From Octopus bimaculoides (lineage: Eukaryota), in assembly GCF_001194135.2 (NCBI RefSeq), contig NC_068983.1:50658518-50717601 (forward strand): a DNA stretch of 59,084 nt, in the 5' to 3' direction. Below the pieces are notes generated by a model. It was not told the origin of the DNA and searched no databases. It saw nothing but the letters and a program-made list of their open reading frames with translations. Positions 25,751 to 37,060 of the stretch are shown in pieces. Each line of letters starts with the position of its first letter. The stretch's first letter is position 1. A program made the translations under genes and the position numbers.

Positions 25751-26394
25751 CAAGGTGTATCAAATGCGGCATAAAGTTGCGTATATGATCACTCGCAGGT
25801 ATTTTGTTTGTAACGTTTCCAAGCCTGAGAATCCATACCATTTAATTGGGAAATATAAACCATGAAAGTATTGCAACTATTATATCTTGTGACAAATTAA
25901 ATTATATATTTGATATTATGTATGATTCTGAACTGTAAAGTGATAACAGTAATTTAAGAATTATCCAGAATATTTCTTCTAATTCATTGAACGAAGCTGC
26001 CAAATATATTTATCACTTGGCAGGAATGAGTTAGAGATATAAGACACAATTAAAATTGAAATAATGGGCTATAATTTTGGTTCCCTGTTCTTTCATGTGA
26101 ACTATTAATTAAAGGAAAATGTGGGATTTGGATAGTTATTTGTTAAGGAAATTTATTGAAATAGATATGAAAGATTGTAGAAAATATTTGAAATCTTTCT
26201 GTGGACATTAAAGGAATTCAGTGAGTATTCTTGTATTACGATAACGGTGCACCTCATTACAACAAATTAAATATAACTTGGAATATTTCCGCACAACAAA
26301 TAAGAAGATGCATACTTACAAACATACCCAAACATACGTTCACGTGACTATATGAATAATTCGTGTAAATATATCTATATTTTTTATCAAGAGA

Positions 26395-26411
26395 TCTATC
26401 TATCTATATAT

Positions 26412-26442
<31 letters not shown>

Positions 26443-26443
26443 G

Positions 26444-26476
<33 letters not shown>

Positions 26477-26519
26477 ATCTATCTATCTATATATATATCT
26501 ATCTATCTATCTATCTATC

Positions 26520-26567
<48 letters not shown>

Positions 26568-26610
26568 GTCTGTCTCTCTCTCTATATATATCTATTTATC
26601 TATCTATATA
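26395..26610. repeat. (TCTA)n tetranucleotide microsatellite
   Basis: Direct reading; explains ORF 26352-26651. Confidence 0.95.
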
Positions 26611-28404
26611 TATGTGTGTGTGTGTTTGTATATCTTTACGGGTGTATATAAGTATATATATATATATCTGTATGATTGTCTGTATGTATAAAAATACAGA
26701 AAAATCATACATACACACACATATATATATATATATATATACATAATATGTGTTTGTATGTGTGTTGGGAATGAATGTGTGTACCATATAATACATTAGA
26801 TACCCAGTAAACATGTTTGTCTTTATATTTCTTCCACGTGGGAGCCGAATGTGACGACAGCCTGCTGACTCTAACGTCCATCTGCAATTATTAAATCTTA
26901 AACAAGATAGTTATAAAGTGTATTATTTATAGAAAGATTATATTTGATTTATTTCACCAAAGTTTACATAGTGATATTCAACATAACATGCAAATTATAT
27001 TTTATCAGACATCAACGATGCGATTCTAAACATATTTCAGTCCTTGCAGTTCATTTTCCTGTCCCCAACAGACAACTTTCTAAAATAGATTATTCTGGTT
27101 GTAAAGTTAAGTTTAACTTAACACAGATAGGGCAGCCAAAGCTGATGGGAATGGTAAAAGCATTGTCAATTCAACTATCTTTAAATACCCTCTTGATAGA
27201 TTTAAACTACTGTAATATACAAATTGAGTATAAGAATATACCTAATTTTTCTTTTCTGAATTGAATTGGCAATGCTTCTTAATAATATTGCCAGAATAAA
27301 TGTGATAAATAAAAGTTGCATAAGATGTTCCTTTAGAACATTAAAGTAATTATGTATTTTCTATTCATTGCGATTAAATTTGCAAATGCTATTCGAACTC
27401 TCTGTACGACACATAATATAACAGTTCATTTAACGCAAAATCCACATGGTTCAGCACAGGAAATGTATATTAATAAATCTACAGACATAGATTTTTAAAT
27501 ATAATTTCGACGAATATAACAATATATACAGAAAGATACAATCTCATTGAGTCAAAATAGCAGTCTAGAAAATGGATATAGGCCAATATCATAAATTTGG
27601 CTCTCATGTGAAGAATGTTTCACAAAGAGAGACTGTAATCTAGAATGGCTTGTAGTATCGGTAAGCAGGAAATTAAACATTAGCATCATAAAGTCGGTGT
27701 TTATTGTCTGTTTGTAGTTTATTCCTGGAGTTATTTGAATTCTAAGTCCCATAGGAAAAAGTGTATGATCTTCTATTTCGACAGTGACTCATATTGAATT
27801 GTTTATTATCGTATAACTTCTGCTGCTTCCACTCCTCATCGACATGTCTGGCAGAGAAGTTCAATAGAATAGTTATTTTTCTGTTTATTGCTGTTTGCTA
27901 CTACATTAGGTCTGCTATATTTCTTGAAAAGTTGAAAGAAAAAGTCGATAGATAGTCATTCTTTGTGTAACCTGCTTCGCATCTTCAATTATATTTTCGA
28001 AAGAAGTTTGCAACTGAGATTCGTTTACCTGAAAAGAAGAGGCGGGTTATTATTCATGAATGATATGAAAGATATTGAACAGTAAGAATGTTCAGTTTTA
28101 TTTGGGGACGATGTTGTTAGGTTTATAATATTACATATATAATAATGATCACAGAAACATAATAACACAGTGAAGGTCAAATATTTCACTGCTGCGTCTG
28201 AGAAAATGTCTCAGAACACTATTTACAACTAACATAATACGAATGCAATGAAAGTTTAATGATCTTCTCCAAAAGAGAGTTGGATATAGGAAAGGTTCTC
28301 TGAATATGGGGCACAACGGAATCTTAAACACAGCTGTATGAGACATGAGAATGACCTGTACAATTAATAATATACCTGTGTACACAGACGCACACAAACA
28401 TATA

Positions 28405-28416
28405 CGTATATGTATA

Positions 28417-28508
<92 letters not shown>

Positions 28509-28602
28509 CTTATATATTCATACACATATATACATATATATGTGTTTATAAATATATATATTTATATATAAACATATATGTATATATGCATATATACATA
28601 TA
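28405..28602. repeat. (TA)n(TG)n compound microsatellite
   Basis: Direct reading. Confidence 0.9.
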
Positions 28603-28847
28603 TAGGGACTGGACAAAATAATGGAAACACGTAGCCTCATAGTATCATAATGCTGAAATATCTGTAAAACCGTCAAAAGCTTGCTTATTTTTATGTTTTT
28701 GGGTTTATTATTAGTGTTGCTAAATATACTTTGCTACAGTTGCTGTTTCTTTTCAGATATCAGCAGAAAAAGGTAATTAAAATTCATTAAAATGACAGAT
28801 CTATGGAACTTTCAGAGAGGTCAAATTGTTGGTGCTCCCATAGCTAG
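28603..28847 (+). mobile_element. Tc1-like transposon 5' end fragment
   Basis: TIR-like start TA-GGGACTGGACAAAATAATGGAAACAC. ATG 28792 gives MTDLWNFQRGQIVGAPIA, the Tc1-type DLSxFQRGQIVGAR N-terminus. Confidence 0.7.
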
Positions 28848-29731
28848 TAAATGATAAAAAGGCGAAAATGTTTTCTTTGAATGCCAAATTTCACCATATT
28901 TTTGCTTCTTTTACTCCAAGGATTTCTTTTAAATAGGAGATATACTCCTAAATATATACAGGCTCTCAGGGTTATTTGAGGACACTTAATTATCAGTATA
29001 TTCTCCAAACTAATAAATAGACATATATCACTTTTAGATCGCCCAAGCAGAAAAAAATGCTAACACATAAAATGAAAAAAACGTGCAATCATTGTGCCTA
29101 CACGTGCGGAACACAGGAATTTAGAAATCTCTAAACTTGATAAATGATGCAACATCTTTTGCACACGAAGTTCGAGAGAAAATATAAACTCCTGTCGGGA
29201 TAATTTCAAATGCATCTAAGGAAAAATAATATCCTAAAAGTTCGGAAACAAGGGGTTGCTAATGACTTGTGTGTGTCTCGATAATTGTATACGGTGTAAT
29301 TATTTTTTTTTTACTGAATTCAAAAATTTATAGAAACCTACATTATAAAAAAAGTGCTTACATTTGAAAATACCTAGTATGATCCCTTTTGCTAATTTAT
29401 CAAATACAAAACGCAAGCAAAGCATTATAAAGCTCTCACTGATTTAAAAAGATTTTCCACCAAATATTTTCCTAAAAACTCCATTAAAATAACTGTAACG
29501 CATCAATATATCCTGCATAGAAGGATACTTTATGCTTGTATTTATATATTATGTCTTATTTTTGCCAACATTAGCATTTGATGTTTTCCTACCTCAATAT
29601 TATTCAATGCATTGATATGGCCGATTTGCATTTCAGTTTCATCATTTACGTTTCATTTATTTTTTGAATTCGTAAGTACCTTCAGTAGTTAAATACAGGA
29701 CACATATACATACATACATACATACATACAT

Positions 29732-29771
<40 letters not shown>

Positions 29772-31233
29772 ACACACANNNNNNNNNNNNNNNNNNNNNN
29801 NNNNNNNNNNNNNNNNNNNNNNNNNNNNNNNNNNNNNNNNNNNNNNNNATATATATATATATATATATATTTATACTCAATATATGTATATATATATTTA
29901 TACTCAATATATGTATATATGTACACGTGTATTATAAATGTGTACGTGTACATGAACAGAAAATTATCGCAAGAAATTTTGAAATTAGGATTACTTTTTA
30001 TTTATTCTCATTCCCTAGTTTTTCACTACATATACCCATGGCACGTCTCAACCTGGTAAGCTATATACATTTTTCTTTCATCTATTTATTATGTAGGGTT
30101 TAACATTTCATATAATTTTGAACGCAAAGCTATGGTGTTGGTTTATTTCAGTTTCTTTGGAAGAAACAAAGATAGTATCAAATATTCTACACTACACTGC
30201 GTAAGCACACAGAATACACAACTTTGATGTATAAAACACAAGAAATATATCCTCCGAAAATTACGATAGGATAGTTGCTTAAATTGGCATTCATATAAAA
30301 AAAAATGTTGTCATCTCGGGATTCTTTCACTTTAATCTTACCTCAACTAAGATATTTTATTACAGATTACCATGAAACATATCTGTTGTGTATAGGTTGT
30401 CGCACATGTAGCAAAACAGTGACCTTTGGCTTACAGTATAAGAAAGCAGATATGCGAATGAAAATTTTAAAGAAAATTACAAATGTTATTGTAAATGTAA
30501 CACGCAGAGGAATGTATGCAATCTTTTTATAACATGTCACAGTGGCGACCCAGACGAAAAAAGATTAAAATACAATTGTATACTATATAAACAATTTAAT
30601 TGTTAATTTCTATATAAAGTGAATTGAAGCTGTTGCATATGACAAAGTAAGCAGTTTATTCCCCTACATTACTTCCACAAGGTAATATTGGTATGTAGAA
30701 CATTTTAAAGCACTGTTGGCAGATATTAACATCATGCGGATAGTTATGTATAACAATTGTGCAGTTTCTATACTTCATGATGTATATGTAGAGTTATTTA
30801 ATAGTGTTTAATAACACCCATATTTGCAAAGTATAAATAGATTTGAAATGTATGATGCTCTGATTATTGTCTGAGAGAAAATCTCTTCTTTAATTGACTT
30901 TGTTAAATGCACAATATGTATCAAAGCGGATGAGTATCTTCACCGCTATGACAGACGAGAACACTGAACGCATGTCGTCTTCCTTCGCATTTGGCAATGA
31001 TGTGTACCCGCTTATCACACACCTTAAATAAATCGCTCCATCCTTGGCATGTAGCAAATAGTCAAGGATATATTCATCGATATTGTAAAAAGCTTGCTTG
31101 CCTCAGGAAACATTTGTTTTCTATTTAATTTCCAGGTAATTTGCCAAGATGAAAAGAAAATGAAGCAAGGGAAATTACTCAGATGAGTCACTGTATTTAA
31201 ACAACAAAATCGTGCAATTGTTTCACAAATAAT

Positions 31234-31301
31234 CTTTTCTACTCTAGGCACAAGGCCCAAAATTTGCGGGGAGGAGGCCAGTCGATTAGATCGACCCCAG
31301 T
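31234..31301 (-). mobile_element. SINE family B, 3' fragment
   Basis: cttttctactctaggcacaaggcccaaaatttg..gtcgattagatcgacccca. Confidence 0.85.
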
Positions 31302-31341
31302 CTGAGAGAAAATCTCACCGAAAAGAAGGAATTTCCATGGT

Positions 31342-31443
31342 CATTCCCTCGCTTTCGGTGCCTGCGTATATTTATTGAAGTAGTGTGACTTTAGACAGCC
31401 ACTACAGCGTAAGGTGTCACTTACAGTAATAGCCCTTAATATA
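31342..31443. repeat. Unclassified ~100-bp dispersed repeat, copy 2
   Basis: Collinear similarity to 20047-20146. Confidence 0.6.
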
Positions 31444-31529
31444 ATTAATGTCATTTATATTTAAAGAAAAAATGCTATATATATATATATATATATATAT
31501 GCGTGCGTGCGTGCGTGCGTGTTACTGTG

Positions 31530-31750
31530 TACATGATGGGATGGGACCGGCTGAAAAGTTAATAGGCTGATTAAGGTGTTTTCATGGAATGAGACCATAT
31601 GGGGTTTGTTTTTCAACATAATCCTCCTGGCAGTTAACACATTTCTTCCATCAGTTTTGCAGTGCTTGGATTCCATTGGTGAAGAAGAATTTATCCTCTC
31701 GAGCAAAAAACTTATTTAATAGCATTTATGACGTCGTCATCACTGCAATG
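31530..31750 (-). mobile_element. Mariner 3' end fragment
   Basis: Minus-strand translation FFTNGIQALQN*WKKCVNCQEDYVEK is a mariner C-terminus; TIR-like ccggctgaaaagtt near 31548-31561. Confidence 0.75.
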
Positions 31751-31851
31751 ATGTACAATAGTTACCTGAATGGAAGTAACGAATATATTATAATATCAAA
31801 TTTAATGTGGTCATGTGCCAAAATCTAAAACCAATATAAACTGTAATGAAA

Positions 31852-32061
31852 GTGGTTAACTAGCAGAATCGTTAGCACATCCGGTAAAATGCATGGTGGC
31901 ATTTCGTGTGTCTTTATGTTCTGAGTTCAAATTCCCCCGACATTGACTTTGCCTTTCATCGATTTGGGATCACTATATTAAGTACCTGTGAAACGCTGAG
32001 GTCGATGTAATTGAGGAGTCCTCTCCTCCCAAATTTCAAGCCTTGCGCCTTTAGTAGAAGG
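31852..32061 (+). mobile_element. SINE family B, full length, degenerate
   Basis: Head ctagcagaatcgttagcac..ctgagttcaaattcc, core gactttgcctttcatc, tail gccttgcgcctttagtagaagg, followed by (ATT/GTT/GGT)n. Confidence 0.85.
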
Positions 32062-32119
32062 GATCGTTATAATTATTATTATTGTTGTTGTTGTTATTGT
32101 TGTTGTTGTTGGTGGTGGT

Positions 32120-32612
32120 GGTTAGTGGTTTTTTCTCCTTTCTTAAAATTTTCTTCCATTTCTCGCCGAGTGCTTTCCGTACACCTAGGGCAGAGGAGCT
32201 CATTGTATGCATTCCCAGTTTACACACGCAAATTCACAGGTACGATATTTATTTTTAAAAATTTATAAATAAGTTCATGAATTGATGTTGTTTCCACGGC
32301 GATAATGCTCTTCTCGGTACATGAGTCGTTCCAATTAACACGATGTTATGCACTTCCTGTAGAGATGGTAGGCCTGGTATAATTTTCAAATGAGTTTTAG
32401 TACCTATTTTTATCATTCCTAGAAATCCTACAATCACTGGTACAGTAGTCGCCTTGAGATGCCACATTTTATCAATTTTTATTTGCAAGTCTTTATATTT
32501 ACTGTTCTTGTCAAATTCTTTCACCGCTATATTGTGATCATAAGGAATAGTCATCAATAAATAAATACACTTTTTTTGCCTGATATTTTATAATAATATC
32601 CGGTTTATTAGC

Positions 32613-32616
<4 letters not shown>
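32120..32616 (-). mobile_element. 5'-truncated R4/Dong-clade LINE (REL endonuclease C-terminus plus 3' UTR)
   Basis: Minus-strand KANKPDIIIK.. / TIPYDHNIAVKEFDKNSKYKDLQIKIDKMWHLKATTVPVIVGFLGMIK..VLIGTTHVPRRALS matches the PD...D REL domain and the KYxDL/PVxxGALG motifs. Bounded by (TAA)n at its 5' end and a degenerate (ACC/AAC/AAT)n at its 3' end. Confidence 0.85.
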
Positions 32617-32661
<45 letters not shown>

Positions 32662-32662
32662 G

Positions 32663-32737
32663 TTCAGTAGTTTTAGTTTTATAACGTGCTTTCACTTCAC
32701 TACCGAGCGCAGCTCTGTGCGCCTTGGGTATGTGCTG
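32663..32737 (-). mobile_element. 75-bp island between two (TAA)n tracts, probably the extreme 3' end of a second TAA-associated LINE
   Basis: The minus strand reads acagcacatacccaaggcgcacagagctgcgctcggtagtgaagtgaaagcacgttataaaaactaaaactactgaa directly into a (TAA)n tract; TTA tracts lie at 32615-32661 and 32738-32758. Confidence 0.5.
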
Positions 32738-32779
32738 TATTATTATTATTATTATTAATACTACAACAGCAAACTATCA

Positions 32780-32990
32780 GTATCGGTAGGAAGCCGGCCG
32801 AAAGGCTTAGCGTTATTTCGTCAGTCCTTTATGTTCTGAATTCACACTGTGCCAAGGTCAGCTTTGCCTTTCATCCTTGCGGGGTCGATAAATTAATTAC
32901 CAGTGAAACTAGGTTCGATGTAATCGATCGGTCCCCTCTCACAAAATTCCAAGCCTTGTGACTATTTATTAAAAAGAATTATTATCATCA
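32780..32990 (+). mobile_element. SINE family B copy with (ATT)-like tail
   Basis: gctttgcctttcatccttgcggggtcgataaattaattaccag..caagccttgtg..aaaagaattattatcatcatt. Confidence 0.85.
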
Positions 32991-33324
32991 TTAAGGCAAC
33001 GAGCCTCGATTATAATAATTAACTAATGTGTTACATAGACCTTGAGTGTTAAAGTTATTTTCTTGCGTATATTATTTGTATGAGATCTATTTGGTGCGGA
33101 TGAAATTAACTTTAATGGAAACAATTATATTCTTCTCAAATGAATTTGTGCTTATGCCAGAAGAATTAATTATTCCGTTTTGATATTCATTTCTAAAATA
33201 TTTTAGGTCAGGAATATAACGAAACTTGGAAATTAAACATTTAGACAGATGGGAATATATTCTGTTTAAACTTAGGCCTATTAATACAGGGATCATTTTA
33301 TACCATATTATAGTAATTAAATTC

Positions 33325-33590
33325 TCTGTCGGGTATTCGGTTCACCATCGTAAGGCCATTAATTTGATTCCTAGCAGCGCGTCTTTGAGCAAGATACGTC
33401 TTTTGATATTGTGCGACTCAACTCAGCTGGTGAAACTAGGTTGTAGAATGTTGTGTCACGCTGAGAATTACGTTACAGGGATGCGTTTTTGTGAACTGTT
33501 CATCCCCTTTCAGGTTAATTTCATGAGCATTCTGTTCTCTTCATTGGATCAACTCGTATTCTCGTTGTCGTAACCGATGCAGTGCCGGTT
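33325..33590 (+). mobile_element. Degenerate SINE-like element, a different family
   Basis: Head-like ..gatt cctagcagcgcgtctttgagcaagatac.., followed by actcagctgg and a tail ending cgtaaccgatgcagtgcc. Confidence 0.45.
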
Positions 33591-35045
33591 TATAATTAAA
33601 TTCAGAAATGGTGAATGAATGTAAATATGACACATTAGTTTAATTCTGTTCCATACCTTAATTCTTACCACTCCATAGATCATTGACAAGCAACACCATT
33701 TTCTAAATATTTGATGCTTTAGAAATAAATATTGTAGCTTATTATAACTCCATAGCTTTCAACTCTGTTTTGCGTCAAAATCCATAAAACATTATTCCAT
33801 AAATATGAACACCTTACACGTATGTTTACATTTAAGAGTTTTAATTTTAATCTTTTGTGGAATGAACAATACAAAATTATTTAAAACTTACATTTGAATA
33901 CAAATAACATTTCTGAATATTGTAATTTACGACAGCTTATGCTAATGATATCTCAGTGTCAGATAGGAATTAACTAGTTTATATATTGTATTGTAGTACA
34001 TGACAGATATTGTTTTTCATAAATATAACTATATTCATTTCCATTTATATGAAAATCTGAATTAAAATGTAGCATTTCTTGAGATTATGGAAATATTTAT
34101 AAATATGAATGATTTTATATATTATATGTGGAATAATTGCTACCTAAATTGTTCTGAGATAGTGATTGACGTTTAATATCAAATTGCTTGCTAGAAGCTG
34201 AGTTTGATTTTACTGATAAAACTTGGAAATTCTATAATATATAAATACGAATCGAGGAATAAATTCAGTCTAAATCACGTATATATTACTATAAATGTGT
34301 TGTATCTATATAAAATCAGTGAAGGCATGCAGTAGTTAAAGATATGCTCAAAACTGTGATAAGCTCGAATAATTCGCAAATATTGATTTTGAAATATTGA
34401 TTTAAAAGAATAAATATGTACAGAAATGTAAGTTTTAGGCAGTAGTTCATAGGTTATTTGAGATTTTGCTCACCATATACTTTTTTTTTTCCTGTACGAA
34501 AATATGCAGTCAGAAAATGAAAAACAGTCTAAATGAAACAGTTATGCTGAACTATATTGATGTACGCACTATTTTCGCGTTAACAATTTCCTTTCCAACT
34601 ATTTCATCTCATATCAATATATATTGTATAGAAGTCTGGAATTGCCGAACAATGAAGTCTATTCATAATGAGTTCTTGTACATACCAATTTATTATATGG
34701 AGCAAAAAAAAGCAACAAAAAGAATAAAGTAATACTTGATTTTGGTTATTCGGCTTAGAATTCGATATTCAAATTGTACTATCCTTAGAACTTTATTCTT
34801 AATGAATATAATCTATGATTATGCTAATTAGCTTCCGAGATGTCACCAAGTAGACTGACTACTGGAAAGTAATCATAAAATACAAGTATATGAACTCAGA
34901 AAATTCTTTCATGCAAATGTAAGCAGAAAAATTACAAAATGTAAATATGATAAGCCATCAGCTAAAGAAACGTTTCATACATCAACTACATATGAAGAAG
35001 TTGGCCTCGGTAAAAATGATTTGAATCGGTAATATCTTGTCAGTT

Positions 35046-35890
35046 GGACGGTGAGCTGGCGGAACGTTAGCACGCCTGGAAAATGCTTAGTGATATTTCA
35101 TCCATCTTTAAGATTTTGAGTTCAAATTTCACCGAGATCGACTTTTACTTTACTGCTTTCGGTGTATGGGCACTGAGGTCGATGTAATCGACTTACGTCT
35201 GCTCCGAAACTGCTGTCCTTTTGCCAACATTTGAAGGCAATGTTCCTTCCGGGTAGAAACTCAACAAGCTGGCAGAATCGTTAGCACACCGGGCACAATT
35301 CTTAATTACATTTCATCCGTCTCTAAGTTCTGAATTCAAATTCCGCTGAGGTCAACTTTACCTTTCACACTTTCGGGATCGATAAATTAAGTACAAGCTT
35401 AGTACTGGAGTCATTGTAAACGACATATTGAAATTGCTGGCCTTGAAATTGCTCCTTGAAATTGCTGGCCTTGTGCCAAAATCTACTAAAGTCAATATTT
35501 CTAGGAGCTAGCAGAATAGTTAGCACAGTGGGAAAATGCTTAGCGGCATTTCATCCGTCTTTATGTTCTTAGTTTAAAAGCCACCGAGACTGGGGGTGAT
35601 GTCATCGACTTTTTGCCTCTCCGGAAATTGCTGCTTTTTTATGCCAAAATTTGAAAATAATATTTCTTTTGCGTGTATTCTTTCGAGGTCATATAATCGA
35701 CTTACCCACTCCGCAGAAACTGCTGAGTTTTGTGACAGAATTTGAAATCAATATTTCTTCGGGGTAGTATATTTTTGAGTTCAAATCTTATCGAGGTAAA
35801 TTTCAATCTTCCTCATTTTGGATCAATAAAATATAGTGCTAGTAAAATACTGGATCAATGAACAAGTCAAATATACTTGCCCAAAAATGC
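35046..35890 (+). mobile_element. Cluster of about five same-orientation SINE family B copies/fragments
   Basis: Heads gagctggcggaacgttagcac (35053), aagctggcagaatcgttagcac (35266) and gagctagcagaatagttagcac (35505). Further partial copies near 35680-35755 and 35775-35890. Confidence 0.85.
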
Positions 35891-36503
35891 TTGCTTATAC
35901 CTAAATAAGAATCTATATTAATCTGTTATGTGACATATATCTTCCTTCTGACAAATTCTTTCAAAGAAACATTGTTACATGTGCACACACGACTCGACTG
36001 CTAGAAGTTACTGTCGACACATGAACACCTGGAGTAATCTATAAAATGCCATTCATTCTACGGATATAGTAGAAGCGAAATCTCATGGCAAAAACTAGTT
36101 TATTCTAATGTTCAGTAATGAATAGTTCAATCAGTATTGGTTACAAATAGATACATTTACACAGATACCGACTTAAGCCAAGCCTCCCCTAGAACTCCGA
36201 TTGACATCCACACTGATATGACACAGAAGAGCATTACACTAAGTTTTATTGTTTTTTTTTTTTTGGTTCTCGTCCATACTTCTAGCTTTTGACACATATC
36301 GTGACGTTACTTGTCTATCGTCTACAAATATGTATTGGTGCTACGATAGACAAATCATTCGCTCTTGTTACAGAATTATGTAAATATTTCATTTCATTTT
36401 TAAATGAACGTAAATGAAGCTTAATCGCTTAAAAACTACTACACAAACAAAAATTCTTGAGCTTATAAAAACAAAGACCCTAAAGAGTTAGATTAGCGTA
36501 TGA

Positions 36504-36541
<38 letters not shown>

Positions 36542-36561
36542 CTGTGTGTGTGTGTGTGTGT

Positions 36562-36723
36562 CTTTTTGATTTCACATGTTTAAGTCGTTAGACTGCTGCC
36601 ATGCAGGTGTGTTGCCCTGTAGAGTTGATAGTCGAATGACTCGACCCGATTACTTATAGACATTTTAACGCTCAAACTTATTTTATACATCACTTTACCC
36701 GAACTGGTATATCACGGTGACAA

Positions 36724-36771
<48 letters not shown>

Positions 36772-36926
36772 ACACACATACACACACACACACTGACGCA
36801 CACACACGCACGCACGCATACATATACATTGGCTTCTTTCAGTTTTCGTCAACCAAAACCACTCACAAAGATTTGGGTAGTAGAAAACACTTTCCCAATG
36901 TACCACGCTGTAGACTGAACCCGGAA
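36562..36926 (-). mobile_element. SINE family A, degenerate, with internal (CA)n
   Basis: ggcttctttcagttttcgtcaaccaaaaccactcacaa..tagaaaacactttcccaa..gactgaacccgg matches other family A copies. Confidence 0.8.
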
Positions 36927-36991
36927 TTTGTGCCTGGAATTTGTTATTTTGTGATAAAGATGCGTCTATACATAAATATATATGTGTGTTT

Positions 36992-36994
36992 GTA

Positions 36995-37057
<63 letters not shown>
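36992..37057. repeat. (AG)n microsatellite
   Basis: Direct reading. Confidence 0.95.

Positions 37058-37060
<3 letters not shown>

Noticed and set aside
30930-31000. TDENTERM resembling the mariner TxENxERV motif
   Set aside because: Too short, with no flanking transposase similarity.
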